A DNA stretch of 64,000 nt from a virus, in IMG/VR virus record IMGVR_UViG_3300006188_000008. One strand, written 5' to 3'. A program made the translations under genes and the position numbers. Below the pieces are notes generated by a model. It worked only from the letters and a program-made list of their open reading frames with translations. It made no database searches and was not told where the DNA came from. This document shows, piece after piece, positions 24,563-34,785 of this stretch (positions are counted from its first letter, which is position 1; each line of letters opens with the position of its first letter).

Positions 24563-24793
24563 CTAACGGGCTTTTTTATTTATAACAGGTTTTGAAGATT
24601 TAAGGCCTATTATAGGACTATAACATTTACAACAAAAAACTGAATCATTTATTTCCAAAAAATCTCCTTCTATAACAGGAGTTTCAACAATATGATTACA
24701 GTCTAACAGACATTCTTCTCCGTTTGGAGATAGAAAACTTACAATTTTACTAGCATAGTCTGTTGTCATTAAATCTTCTCCGTCATTGCACAT
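24563..24793 (-). CDS. Small Cys-rich hypothetical protein
   Basis: DCNH...CCKC. Confidence 0.5.
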   Translation of the reverse strand: MCNDGEDLMTTDYASKIVSFLSPNGEECLLDCNHIVETPVIEGDFLEINDSVFCCKCYSPIIGLKSSKPVINKKAR

Positions 24794-25059
24794 ACCCTAC
24801 AATAATCATTATCATAAGAACAAGGATCTAAAAAAAGAGGCTTATCACACTTACAACAAGTTTTCTCTTGCTTATTCTTAGTTTTAATTTTTACACAACT
24901 AAGATCTGGAAATTTAGGAATTCCGTGAGGGCCTCTACACTTATTACAAGCATAAGCCACAGGATGTCCTTGTGTGTCTATAACTAAATTAAAGGTTGTG
25001 TCTTGTTTACAATAAACACAAGTGGAATTAATTTTCTCTAAAAAACAACTTCTAATCAT
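24769..25059 (-). CDS. Small double zinc-ribbon protein
   Basis: Four CxxC motifs. Confidence 0.55.
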   Translation of the reverse strand: MIRSCFLEKINSTCVYCKQDTTFNLVIDTQGHPVAYACNKCRGPHGIPKFPDLSCVKIKTKNKQEKTCCKCDKPLFLDPCSYDNDYCRVCAMTEKI

Positions 25060-25414
25060 CTCTCATCACACAATCCCAACATTTATCTTTTTTATCTTTA
25101 TTATAAGGATTTAATTGAACCGGAATTCCACAATCTTTGCATCTATTTTTTTTAGCAAGATACCCAATACTTGTGTTAGGATCAAATACTCCTACACTTG
25201 GAAAAACATAAACTGATTCAATCACAAGATCACAATTATTTATTTTAATTGGACCAGGCTTTAATGTGCAATCTGCTGTTACCCAATAATCTAATTTTTG
25301 TGAAACTAATTTTTTACTGTGCAATTCTACTTTATTCCACCAAAGCCAAAAACTGTTAAACATATCTAGCTGTTCCCTCGGGAAATATTCCTGTGATTCC
25401 CATTTGTTTTGCAT
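25052..25414 (-). CDS. Hypothetical protein with C-terminal zinc ribbon
   Basis: CKDC...CWDC. Confidence 0.55.
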   Translation of the reverse strand: MQNKWESQEYFPREQLDMFNSFWLWWNKVELHSKKLVSQKLDYWVTADCTLKPGPIKINNCDLVIESVYVFPSVGVFDPNTSIGYLAKKNRCKDCGIPVQLNPYNKDKKDKCWDCVMRDD

Positions 25415-25589
25415 TAGTTATTTTAATAAAACTATTTAATTCTTCTAAAACATCTGATAAAGAGTCTCTATATCCCCAATTGTAGTCAGTTACTTCTTTT
25501 TCTAAAACTTCGTTTGCTTCGTCTTCCATTTTAGAAAAAATAGCAAACAATTTATATAAGTCATCCAACATCATATACAATATCTCCAT
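25356..25589 (-). CDS. Hypothetical protein
   Basis: ORF in operon orientation. Confidence 0.45.
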   Translation of the reverse strand: MEILYMMLDDLYKLFAIFSKMEDEANEVLEKEVTDYNWGYRDSLSDVLEELNSFIKITNAKQMGITGIFPEGTARYV

Positions 25590-25861
25590 TGGTTATCTAA
25601 CCATACTTGGTTTTTTGCCATAAGACTCCATAATGCTGCGTTAAGTTCTTTTTCAGTTACTTTGTTTTCTTCGGTACAAATTTTATTTTTTAAATCTGCA
25701 AAATTAAGAGGCTTAGGTTTCAATTCATCTAAAATTCTGCCTTTAATATTTTTTATGCCTGATAAAGAAGAAAAGTTGCTCATTTTTACACGAACAGCTT
25801 TTTCAATAATTGTGGTAACTTGATCCACTATAAATTCTGTAATTAAATTTTTTACATTCAC
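25571..25861 (-). CDS. Putative winged-helix protein
   Basis: LNFADLKNKI...ELNAALWSLM.KNQV pattern. Confidence 0.5.
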   Translation of the reverse strand: MNVKNLITEFIVDQVTTIIEKAVRVKMSNFSSLSGIKNIKGRILDELKPKPLNFADLKNKICTEENKVTEKELNAALWSLMAKNQVWLDNQWRYCI

Positions 25862-26064
25862 AAAACAAACTCTTTAATAATATAGTTTAAAATAAAATCT
25901 GCCCATAAGGGATCTAGTTCTTCGGTATCACCTTTATAAATGCAATTTTGTTTAATAGCTGGTTTTAAATACTGATTAAGCCAAGCATTTCTATTACCAT
26001 CCATCTTTGGATAATCATTACAAGCATTATAAAGGGCTTTGTAATAGTTTAATCTAGATGCCAT
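25858..26064 (-). CDS. Hypothetical protein
   Basis: Coupled ORF. Confidence 0.5.
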   Translation of the reverse strand: MASRLNYYKALYNACNDYPKMDGNRNAWLNQYLKPAIKQNCIYKGDTEELDPLWADFILNYIIKEFVL

Positions 26065-26594
26065 TTCTTTAATAACCCACTAACTGTTCTATCAATCATT
26101 TCGTCTTCTGACGAAAGAACTGCGTCAATTTCAAATTCGTTATAAACATTATAATCTTTATTATGGTCTTGATGCATAACATCTTCATTTTCAATTAAAA
26201 CAAATTTATTATGTTTATTAAATTTAGGATTTAAAAGAAAAGTTCTTAACGTTCTGTATTCTCTACTTGTATCTACGTCAAGAATAATTCCCTGAAGTTT
26301 TTTTGACGAATTGTCTGCTTTTCTAAAAATATGCTCTACCAGTTGATTAGACATCCAGTCAATGTAAAGACTTGGAGTAATTTCAGTAAGATTTTGTCTT
26401 ATCGCTAATTTCATTCTATCTTGAATTTTTAAGGAAGTAAATTGATTAAGTCCAAAAATTCCTGACATGGATTCAAAAATTTGATCAGTAAGATCTTTAA
26501 ATTGAAAAACGGGACATTTAAAATAATTTGCTACTTCTTGTCGAAAAGAATTATCTAATTCTCTTGCTCCAACTAAACTAACTAACACTAACAC
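26049..26594 (-). CDS. dNMP-kinase-like protein, degenerate P-loop
   Basis: Fold-like order (F.F.D, IILDV...EYR, E..ID.V) but no intact GK[TS]. Confidence 0.35.
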   Translation of the reverse strand: MLVLVSLVGARELDNSFRQEVANYFKCPVFQFKDLTDQIFESMSGIFGLNQFTSLKIQDRMKLAIRQNLTEITPSLYIDWMSNQLVEHIFRKADNSSKKLQGIILDVDTSREYRTLRTFLLNPKFNKHNKFVLIENEDVMHQDHNKDYNVYNEFEIDAVLSSEDEMIDRTVSGLLKKWHLD

Positions 26595-26602
26595 TACCCA
26601 CT

Positions 26603-27235
26603 TTATTCAGGATCTTTAACATTATACTCGATAATGTCTTTTTCGTCAATATGTATTTGCTTATATTTTTCAAAAAGAGCTTTTCTTTCTTCAGGTTTTC
26701 TATCCATAATAGAAATATTAGCATTAACTTGAACTGCAGTTTGGTTACCTGCTCCTGCAGAGAAGAAAAGCTCGGGGTGGGTGATTTTATAAAATTCAAC
26801 TGCACCCTTCCATCCGCCAGCTCGCATGGACTGAAATAAAGATACTTCTAAAAGAGCTTCGGCTTTTGCACATTCCTGAATAAAAGTAGCGAAAGGCTCA
26901 ATTTCTCTTTCGGCAAATCTAGCCCACATAGCGTAATTTGCTGCTTTAACTCCCGCTAAAGCTAGAGCATTTTTTAAGCCCCCTCCATGCATCAAAGTTT
27001 GCAGAATTGTCTCCTGATTCTTTTTAGTAAATCCTATTAGGTTTGTAGCACTAACATTCATTACTTGTTGAAGACTCTTAGTTCTGTCTATAACTTCTTT
27101 AAACTCGGGTAAGTGCATATAATCCGCAATAAATCTAGAAGGACCGGACTGTGGAATTTTGGTTACTTCTAAATCTAGACCTCTTAAGCCAATATCAAGG
27201 ATTCTGTTAAATTGGGAGTTAAGTAAATATGACAT
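26603..27235 (-). CDS. Terminase small subunit
   Basis: HTH (ILQTL..G..LKNALALAGV...Y.MW), helical region, GWKGAVEFY...HPELF, C-terminal VQVNA. Confidence 0.65.
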   Translation of the reverse strand: MSYLLNSQFNRILDIGLRGLDLEVTKIPQSGPSRFIADYMHLPEFKEVIDRTKSLQQVMNVSATNLIGFTKKNQETILQTLMHGGGLKNALALAGVKAANYAMWARFAEREIEPFATFIQECAKAEALLEVSLFQSMRAGGWKGAVEFYKITHPELFFSAGAGNQTAVQVNANISIMDRKPEERKALFEKYKQIHIDEKDIIEYNVKDPE

Positions 27236-27236
27236 T

Positions 27237-28820
27237 ATGATTTGTGTTTCCTTCAAAACTTCTACTAAAAAAATTCATCTTCTAGGTAATATACCCGAAG
27301 AACTAAGCATTTCCTTGAAAAATTTGGGCTACAGAAGTGTGCCAAGGTCAAAAGAACTTTGTTGTAGTCATGATATTTATCTCTCTACAAAACATCTTTT
27401 AGGCAAAGTATTTGAAAATAAAGAAACTATTGAATTTTTCAATTCCTTAAAATCTTTGGAAGAAAAAAATAATTCGATCATTCAAAATTACCTTGATAAA
27501 AAATTAGGTCCATTTAAATTATTTCCTTATCAAGAAGAATTTGTTCGTTTCTATAACGATCCCTTAGAAGCTCCTCACGCAGTATTCAATGCCTCTTCGC
27601 CTGGACTGGGAAAAACGACTATGGCTCTTTCCGCTATTTTTGTCACAAAGCCAAATTGTCCGTTAATTATTCTTTGTCCTAAGAACGCTGTAGGAGTTTG
27701 GAAATGGCATTTAGAGAAATTTAATTATTCTCTTCCAATTTATACCGAATTTAAACCTGGTAAGTGTGCTTGTATTTGCACTTATGACTCTATCCCTCCA
27801 AAAATAGAGGAAGCTTTAGGAAATAAAAAGCCTTTAAAAGATTTTAAATCTGATATTTGTAAAGAAACAGTTTTAATTTCTGATGAGTTCCATTTGGTTA
27901 AAAATGCTAAGGCTATTAGAACTTTAAGATTTAGAGAATTATTTAAATACGTTAGAGACAAAGATGGAAAATGTATTGCTCTCACAGGAACTCCTGTATT
28001 AAACAAATGTGTAGAATTTAAAGTATTACTTGATAATTTAGATTTATTTAAAAAGACTTTTGGTAATGCTAGTAATTTTTATAAGCTATTTGGTGGAGAA
28101 TTTAATCCTTATCTTAGACGCATTGTCTGGGATGAATCTAAACGTAATCCAGAAGAAATAAAGGAGCGAGTGAAACAAGTTTTATTTATTCGCAAAAAAG
28201 AAGAAGTTTTAGAACAAATACCGGATAAAGTCAATACAGTTATTCCAGTTGAGATAACTAAAAAGTCTATTATAAAAGATTTAGACAGTTTAAATGAAAA
28301 GTTTAAAAAACATAAAGATAAATTAAGTGCTATGACAAAGACGGATATTTCTCATTATACACTTTTGCGAGAAGTTCTGTCAAGCTTAAAACTAAAAATT
28401 TTGACAGAAAAGGTAGAATATTTTGAGGAAGTTGAAAAACCAATCATTGTATTCTCCGACTTCGTATCTCCGGTAAAAGAACTTGCTAAACGCCAGGGAT
28501 GGGCCTGTATCTGTGGAGATACTTCGGCTAAAGAAAGAACTAAGCTAGAAAAAGACTTTAATTCCGGCAAGTTAAAAGGCTTAGCAATAACTATCCGTGC
28601 GGGTGGAACCGCATTATCCCTAACAAACACTGATACGATGCTGTTTCTAGATTTAAATCTTACTCCTGGTCTTAACATTCAAGCTAAAAATAGAATAGAT
28701 AGAGTTTCTAAAATAAATAAAAGTTTAACTTATTTATATTTTATGTCTAATCATATATTTGAAAAAGAAATGCACGATATGTTAATTCGTAAGGAACGTC
28801 TAGTAGACGACGTTATCTAG
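27237..28820 (+). CDS. SNF2-family helicase/translocase
   Basis: SPGLGKT, DEFH, LTGTP, AGGTALSL, QAKNRIDR; start taken at ATG 27237. Confidence 0.88.
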   Translation: MICVSFKTSTKKIHLLGNIPEELSISLKNLGYRSVPRSKELCCSHDIYLSTKHLLGKVFENKETIEFFNSLKSLEEKNNSIIQNYLDKKLGPFKLFPYQEEFVRFYNDPLEAPHAVFNASSPGLGKTTMALSAIFVTKPNCPLIILCPKNAVGVWKWHLEKFNYSLPIYTEFKPGKCACICTYDSIPPKIEEALGNKKPLKDFKSDICKETVLISDEFHLVKNAKAIRTLRFRELFKYVRDKDGKCIALTGTPVLNKCVEFKVLLDNLDLFKKTFGNASNFYKLFGGEFNPYLRRIVWDESKRNPEEIKERVKQVLFIRKKEEVLEQIPDKVNTVIPVEITKKSIIKDLDSLNEKFKKHKDKLSAMTKTDISHYTLLREVLSSLKLKILTEKVEYFEEVEKPIIVFSDFVSPVKELAKRQGWACICGDTSAKERTKLEKDFNSGKLKGLAITIRAGGTALSLTNTDTMLFLDLNLTPGLNIQAKNRIDRVSKINKSLTYLYFMSNHIFEKEMHDMLIRKERLVDDVI

Positions 28821-28868
28821 CGGTAGTAGTCGTAGGTAAATTTTTGTTAACAAAATGTTAAAAAAGTG

Positions 28869-28897
28869 TTGACAAAAGTTAACAAACTTGCTAGAAT
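28869..28897 (+). promoter_or_regulatory. Sigma70-type promoter with GTTAACAA box
   Basis: TTGACA-17 bp-TAGAAT. Confidence 0.8.
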
Positions 28898-29013
28898 AAT
28901 ATAAGTATATGACGCTATAAATGTATCTATTCGTAATAATATAAACGACTTGACCCTCTGGGTCAATTAATAAACATTATATAAACGTAGATACATATAA
29001 GGATATTAACTAA

Positions 29014-29433
29014 GTGGATTACGAATTATTTAATCATTTTAACACTAAACTGGATAAGTTAGAAACTAAACTTAAAACTTTAGAAGAAAAAATAAATATA
29101 ATTTATGACAAATCTATTTATAAAAATATTTTAGATGAACATAGACGTTTATTGAATGCTGAATATGGTGGATTAGTTTCAAAACTTCGTTTTGAATTTA
29201 AAGAATATGATCCTAAAAAACAATTAAACCTAAGGAAAATTTTCCTTAGTAAGCTTCCAGAGAATGAAACTCATTTATCCACTTACCTCTCTGTTATTAA
29301 AAACATTATAAACGATAAAGGATATAGATTTAATCTAGCTGATTTTGAAATATTACTTTACAAACTTAATATTGTAAAAGAAAATATGGTTTGTATGTCT
29401 AGACTAAATAAAGAAATTTTAGAATGCGTTTAA
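29014..29433 (+). CDS. Hypothetical protein
   Basis: N-terminal coiled coil. Confidence 0.55.
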   Translation: MDYELFNHFNTKLDKLETKLKTLEEKINIIYDKSIYKNILDEHRRLLNAEYGGLVSKLRFEFKEYDPKKQLNLRKIFLSKLPENETHLSTYLSVIKNIINDKGYRFNLADFEILLYKLNIVKENMVCMSRLNKEILECV

Positions 29434-29642
29434 CAGAAAGTTATAAAGCTGGTTATAAAATAAGAGAGGAAAATAACAAGTGGGTAGGAGCTTATACGTC
29501 AGAAGCTTTGGCTGAAAAAGCTTTAAAAGAAGACACTGAATTACTCCGTATATCTCGTAGCTTAAACATAAGCAGTCAGTCTGAAACCTTCTCTCTTTGG
29601 TATCCTTTAATAATTAAAGTAATTAGAAATGTAGTTTTATGA
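29424..29642 (+). CDS. Hypothetical protein
   Basis: VGAYTSEALAEKA motif typical of small phage proteins. Confidence 0.55.
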   Translation: MRLTESYKAGYKIREENNKWVGAYTSEALAEKALKEDTELLRISRSLNISSQSETFSLWYPLIIKVIRNVVL

Positions 29643-29921
29643 CATATTATCTAATACATTCTAAATGGGCTTCTTATTATAAGAATAATTACGCTTGTTT
29701 TCTATCGGAAACCTTAAAAAATACTTATTTAAATACGTGTGGGACTAAATTAAATCCTATATACAAACACCTTGAGTAAAACCATTCTTCTCTCTGATTT
29801 ATGTTAGAAAGTTTATAAAAGCATATAATATAAAAGATTTTTGGTTAACGTATAAAACAAAAGATTTAAAGTTTTAGATGCTTTACGTTCTCTGAGATGT
29901 TAAAAATTTTCTTCGAAAGTG

Positions 29922-29950
29922 TTGACAAAAGTTAACAAACTTGCTAGGAT
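29922..29950 (+). promoter_or_regulatory. Duplicate sigma70-type promoter upstream of DNA polymerase
   Basis: TTGACA-17 bp-TAGGAT; spacer identical to the 28869 promoter. Confidence 0.8.
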
Positions 29951-29998
29951 GTTAACAAGCAGTTAACAAACGCTGCTTAATCTCTCTAAGAAAATTTT

Positions 29999-32968
29999 AT
30001 GGAACAAACTAAAAACAATTCAGAAAATTGTGAATCTTGCGCACTATTTAAAAACTGCAAGAACCAAGAACCCGGAAATCTCAGACCTATTCTTGATTAT
30101 CGCTATGAGACAAAAGACACAAATACTCTCCTGGTTGTAGCCGATTACACTGATTTAAAAGATGATGAAAAAGGAACTTATTTTAATTCAGACGAGAGGG
30201 CTTATACGACAGTAGTAAATACAATTCTCTCTAGTTTAAAATGTAAATACGTTTTCACTACAGCTTTAGCTTGTGGTGTGTCTAGAGGAACTACTCTAAA
30301 TAAGAAACATTATAACGCTTGTTTTCAAGAAAAATTAAAGCCTCTAATTCTAAAACATAAGCCTAGAGCTATCGTATGTTTAGGCAAACAAGCAATGGAC
30401 GCAGTTCTACAAAATCAATCTCCCAAAACAATGAAAGAGATTGAGAAGACCGGAATTAATGTAGAATGGCAACAAGACGAAATCAAAGAACTAAACTCTC
30501 TTGTTCTAGCTGTAGAACATCCAGTTAGATTTTTCAATGAAAAAGTAGATAAAGTTCGTCTTCAATCTCTTTACAAATTAGTTTTCAATAAAGCTGAAAA
30601 ATACTGTCTAGAAACAGACGTTAGAAAGCCTGTCGATTTTGAACTAATTACTACTCCCGCTCGATTCTATCAAGTAGCTGGAATGCCTTTTAAAGAAATG
30701 GCATTTGACATCGAGAACAGACATTCCAAAAAAGATTTAACTCGCAATATTATTTGGAAATGTAACGCTAATATTCTTTCTCTAGCTTTTACTTACTATT
30801 GTGAAAAATCCAAAGACTATAAAAATTATGTAGTAGTTGGAGAAGCGTTAAAAGACAAGCTTTGTTTAGAAAAACTATTTACAGATAGAATAGTTTCAGC
30901 TCATAATGGTAAGCACGATATTCAAACTATCTATAGACAATTAGGTGTAGATATTTGGAAGTTTATTAGAGAGTATAATGACACTCTTGCTTTATTTTAT
31001 CTTACTAATCAAAATCGTGTTAACAATGGCCTCAAAGATCTCTCTGCTCAATATCTTGGTATCTATGATTATGCCGATGAAGTAAAGCGTTATGAAATTG
31101 AAGCGAATATTCGTCTTAAAGAATTTCGTAAACAAGCTATTGATAACTATAAAGATAAGCAGCAAGACTATAAGAAATATTGCGAAGCTTTAACTTGGAA
31201 AGAAGTTGGTAACAAGATTACTTCCATTAAAGCTAAAAGTTATGAAGCAATTCTATCTAAATATTCTTCTCATGAAGAGATAGAAAAATTGCTTGCGCTT
31301 TGTAAAAAAGCTGTAGACGAGCTTCCTCCCGAAGGTTCTTGTGATTATGGAGATCTCCCGATTAGTGTTCTTGCTCAGTATAATGCTGAAGACACTTATT
31401 GTACTTTAAAGCTTAAAAGAGAAATTCTCCCTTATCTTTCCAAATATGAAAAAGGTCGTGAAAAAGAAGGCGATCCTCTTTGGGATGAAACTGCTTACGA
31501 TTTATTTCGTAAATCTATTAAGATGATTTGTTATGTAGAGCGTAACGGATTGCCTATGGATATGGAATCGCTCCAGGAAATGAAGCGAGATTTGGAAGAG
31601 ACTGAACTTAAGGTTCGTAAAGAGTTATTAGAAGTTAAAGTAATTAAAGACGTTCTTCTAGAGCTTGAAAATATTTCAACTAAAGAAGAAAAAGGCACCT
31701 TAACTGAGGAAGACTTACTTAAAGAAGTAAGCCCTACTAAAGCCAAGTTTATTACAGCTTTGTGTGAAAAGCTTGGCCTTCAAGATTTCGCTTTATTAAC
31801 TAAATCAAATAATTATTCTTATACAAGTAAGAAATGTATTAACAATATCAGAGATCATTTTAAAGATGATGCTGATAATCAAGAATTGTATAAGATTTTT
31901 AATGCTTTCTCTTATGTAGGAAATAATCGTCAAGTAAGAAGTAAATTTATTGGTAACTGGGAACAGTATTGGGTTCCAGAAACCGGACGATTCCACAGTA
32001 ACTTCCTGTTAACCAAAAACCAAAGCCTTGTTTATGCGAACAAAGAAGCGGATGGTGGTGCCCAATCTGGCCGTTTGAGTAATACTCAAATTAACACCCA
32101 ACAAATTAGAAAAGTAGGCTATTTAAGAAAACATTTTAAAGCACCACCGGGTTATGTTTTTGTTGAGGTAGATTATGCTTCACTTGAACCGGTATTGCTC
32201 TCTTTTGTATCTGGTTGTGAAAGATTAAAAGAAGTTTTTAGACGTAAACTAGATATTTATCGAGTAACTGCTAATGATATTTATGATTTTGGCGTAGATT
32301 TTTCTAAAAGTGATAAAAAAGTTAAAGAACAACTTAAAGAAAACGTAGATGAAGTTTTTCGTGATAAACTTAAAGTAGGTTTCTTGGCTTGGTGTTATGG
32401 TCGTGGTATTCCCTCGTTTATGCGAGATATGAAAATCACTGAAGAAGAAGCTAAGGATTTTTATCGCAAAGCACGAGAAATGTATTCTGAAATTTACGAT
32501 TGGAAAGAAGGCATTATTTCTGATATCGAAACGGGCCGTATGGTTCATACGATGTTTGGACGTAAACGTGATTTTCCACTTATGCCTCCTCGTAAGTGGG
32601 ATAAGGAAGATCGTAAACGTTATAATAAAGAATTAGCAAAAGCTATTCGAGTTGGTGTGAATTTTCCAATTCAAAGTTTGGGATCTGATATTTGTCTTTG
32701 GCAAGCGGCTAGACTTCAAGATTGGATTCAAAAAGAATATCTTGAAGATGTAATTCAGTTAGTTAATCTTGTTCATGATGCGGTATGGTTCTTAGTTAAA
32801 GAAACCCAAGTAGATTGGGCAATAAAAGAAATTCAAAACATTATGGAAGACACTTCAGCACTTCCTTTTGGAATGGATGTTCCTCTCAGAACTGAAGCAG
32901 AATATGGTCCTACTTTAGCTAGTTATTTAAAGAAAAATAAGGAGTTACATTTACCCTACAATGGCTAA
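29999..32968 (+). CDS. polA: Family A DNA polymerase with N-terminal UDG-like domain
   Basis: N-term CxxC..C and ALAC, KPRAIVCLG, EHP; exonuclease FDIE, HNGKHD, YNAED; motif A DYASLE, B R...K...YG, C VHD. Confidence 0.92.
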   Translation: MEQTKNNSENCESCALFKNCKNQEPGNLRPILDYRYETKDTNTLLVVADYTDLKDDEKGTYFNSDERAYTTVVNTILSSLKCKYVFTTALACGVSRGTTLNKKHYNACFQEKLKPLILKHKPRAIVCLGKQAMDAVLQNQSPKTMKEIEKTGINVEWQQDEIKELNSLVLAVEHPVRFFNEKVDKVRLQSLYKLVFNKAEKYCLETDVRKPVDFELITTPARFYQVAGMPFKEMAFDIENRHSKKDLTRNIIWKCNANILSLAFTYYCEKSKDYKNYVVVGEALKDKLCLEKLFTDRIVSAHNGKHDIQTIYRQLGVDIWKFIREYNDTLALFYLTNQNRVNNGLKDLSAQYLGIYDYADEVKRYEIEANIRLKEFRKQAIDNYKDKQQDYKKYCEALTWKEVGNKITSIKAKSYEAILSKYSSHEEIEKLLALCKKAVDELPPEGSCDYGDLPISVLAQYNAEDTYCTLKLKREILPYLSKYEKGREKEGDPLWDETAYDLFRKSIKMICYVERNGLPMDMESLQEMKRDLEETELKVRKELLEVKVIKDVLLELENISTKEEKGTLTEEDLLKEVSPTKAKFITALCEKLGLQDFALLTKSNNYSYTSKKCINNIRDHFKDDADNQELYKIFNAFSYVGNNRQVRSKFIGNWEQYWVPETGRFHSNFLLTKNQSLVYANKEADGGAQSGRLSNTQINTQQIRKVGYLRKHFKAPPGYVFVEVDYASLEPVLLSFVSGCERLKEVFRRKLDIYRVTANDIYDFGVDFSKSDKKVKEQLKENVDEVFRDKLKVGFLAWCYGRGIPSFMRDMKITEEEAKDFYRKAREMYSEIYDWKEGIISDIETGRMVHTMFGRKRDFPLMPPRKWDKEDRKRYNKELAKAIRVGVNFPIQSLGSDICLWQAARLQDWIQKEYLEDVIQLVNLVHDAVWFLVKETQVDWAIKEIQNIMEDTSALPFGMDVPLRTEAEYGPTLASYLKKNKELHLPYNG

Positions 32969-33124
32969 ATTTCTTACACCTATAGAAACTATTTATCCTC
33001 AGAAATATACTTCTCATAAAGTAAAAGATAAAAAACTTAATATCAATTTTGACGGAATTGAAGTAGAAATTCCTGTAGATAAGCTTATGATGTTAGTAGC
33101 AGATGTTTATAAAGAGGCAATTTT

Positions 33125-33346
33125 GTGAGAAAGTTAGTGAATAATTATTCAGGAACATTACCCGGACCTGTAGAAATTAATTACACCAATAATCATACTT
33201 ATAATTTTATTAGAAGTAACTATGAAGTAAATGCAGATAGTTATGAGATAGATGATAACTATGTTAGATTTTATGGTTATGGTCAAGAAAGGTTTAAATT
33301 AAAAATCAAAGATTGTAAAAATTTAATGATGGAATTACTAACATGA
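33125..33346 (+). CDS. Hypothetical protein
   Basis: Coupled ORF. Confidence 0.5.
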   Translation: MRKLVNNYSGTLPGPVEINYTNNHTYNFIRSNYEVNADSYEIDDNYVRFYGYGQERFKLKIKDCKNLMMELLT

Positions 33347-33819
33347 ATTTAGAAAAAATCTTTGAAAAAATTGATTGTCCCAATCAAGACTTGTGGACTA
33401 GACTTCAAGAATATGGAAATTCTTTAGCTTTATCTCCAGAAGACCAAGAGATTTTTACAAAAAATGAACAAGCAGCTAAAGTTTATTACGTAAATATGTT
33501 CTTTAATAGGACGATTTCCGTAGGGGCACATTTAGCAAGAGTTAAAAAAGTTAAAGCTACTATTGAGCAACAAAGAGAACGTCTACATGGAAAACTTTAT
33601 GTTGAAGTAACTGACGAATGTATTTCAGGAAAGAATAGTAGCAAATACGATAATGAATATCGTAAAGGTAAAGTTGTAAATAATAAAGAATATCAATCTA
33701 TAGTAGCGTTAATAAACGATCTTTCGGAACTAGAAGCTAATTTAGAAACAGCTAAATCGGCTAATATAACTAAAGGATTGTGCTTACCTACACTATTGAA
33801 ACTTGATAATCAATACTAA
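33343..33819 (+). CDS. UvsY-like recombination mediator (tentative)
   Basis: Long helical protein directly upstream of SSB and RecA. Confidence 0.4.
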   Translation: MNLEKIFEKIDCPNQDLWTRLQEYGNSLALSPEDQEIFTKNEQAAKVYYVNMFFNRTISVGAHLARVKKVKATIEQQRERLHGKLYVEVTDECISGKNSSKYDNEYRKGKVVNNKEYQSIVALINDLSELEANLETAKSANITKGLCLPTLLKLDNQY

Positions 33820-33834
33820 ATTAAGGAAACAAAA

Positions 33835-34785
33835 ATGGCAGACTTTAATATTCTAGCAGCACTAGGAAAAGAACTTTCTAAAGATAAGATTGAGCCTCGC
33901 GCCCCTAGAGACCCCGCTCTCAACAATCCTGATCGCATGAGTTGGCCTTACTTGAAATATAGTGAATTGAAGGCCGGCACCGATTATATGATTCGATTCC
34001 TCCCTCCCCATCCGGAACGCTGTCCTCTCGGTTATGTTAAAAAGCAAATGTATCAATTCGCCTATGAAATTGATACCGAGAAAAAGGGAGGCTGGGCTAA
34101 ACACAGCAGCCACTATGTAATGGCCCCCGGCTGTTTAGATCCAAAAGCTGAAGATCCTATTAAGGACATTCTTCGTGATATTTATGATCGAGCGAAGAGT
34201 GAAACCGAAGAAGGTCAAGAGCTTAGAGATATTATCCAAAATGACGAGGAATTTAAAGAATTTCTCACAGCTATGACCAAAACTTGGACTCAGTATTTAT
34301 TTCCTGTAATTGTTTACGCTCGATGTGACGAAGGAAAATCTCCGGATGGTAAGTATCCTCGTTATTCAAATTATGTTCCTGATCGTAAAATGACTACTAT
34401 GCAGCTTCGTATTCTTCAAATGAACGATGTTCAAGTTGTTCGAGATGAAGTAACTAAAATGCTTGTAGATCGAATTCCAGTAATTGATGAGGAAACTCAA
34501 GAGGTTGTTGGTTATGAAGGATTTTGGACTGACGCTGTAGAGGGTTGTGGTGTTAAGTTTAAACATACAACTACGACTCCTAAAAGTTATAGTTTTATTC
34601 CTTCAGAAGTTAGAACTGAGCTTCCTGATAGTTTCCTTGAAAAATTGAATATGGAAGGAAACTATCCAGATTTGATTACTAGAGAATTAAAGAATTCCTT
34701 TAAGAAGCCTGACGAAATGCTTAATATGCTTAAAAATTGTCCTATGACTGATAAGTATCTTATTCCTCTCGGTTTCATCAAGTAA
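33835..34785 (+). CDS. gp32-like single-stranded DNA-binding protein (tentative)
   Basis: IRFLPP motif, C..P and Y..PVIV pattern, position before recA. Confidence 0.6.
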   Translation: MADFNILAALGKELSKDKIEPRAPRDPALNNPDRMSWPYLKYSELKAGTDYMIRFLPPHPERCPLGYVKKQMYQFAYEIDTEKKGGWAKHSSHYVMAPGCLDPKAEDPIKDILRDIYDRAKSETEEGQELRDIIQNDEEFKEFLTAMTKTWTQYLFPVIVYARCDEGKSPDGKYPRYSNYVPDRKMTTMQLRILQMNDVQVVRDEVTKMLVDRIPVIDEETQEVVGYEGFWTDAVEGCGVKFKHTTTTPKSYSFIPSEVRTELPDSFLEKLNMEGNYPDLITRELKNSFKKPDEMLNMLKNCPMTDKYLIPLGFIK

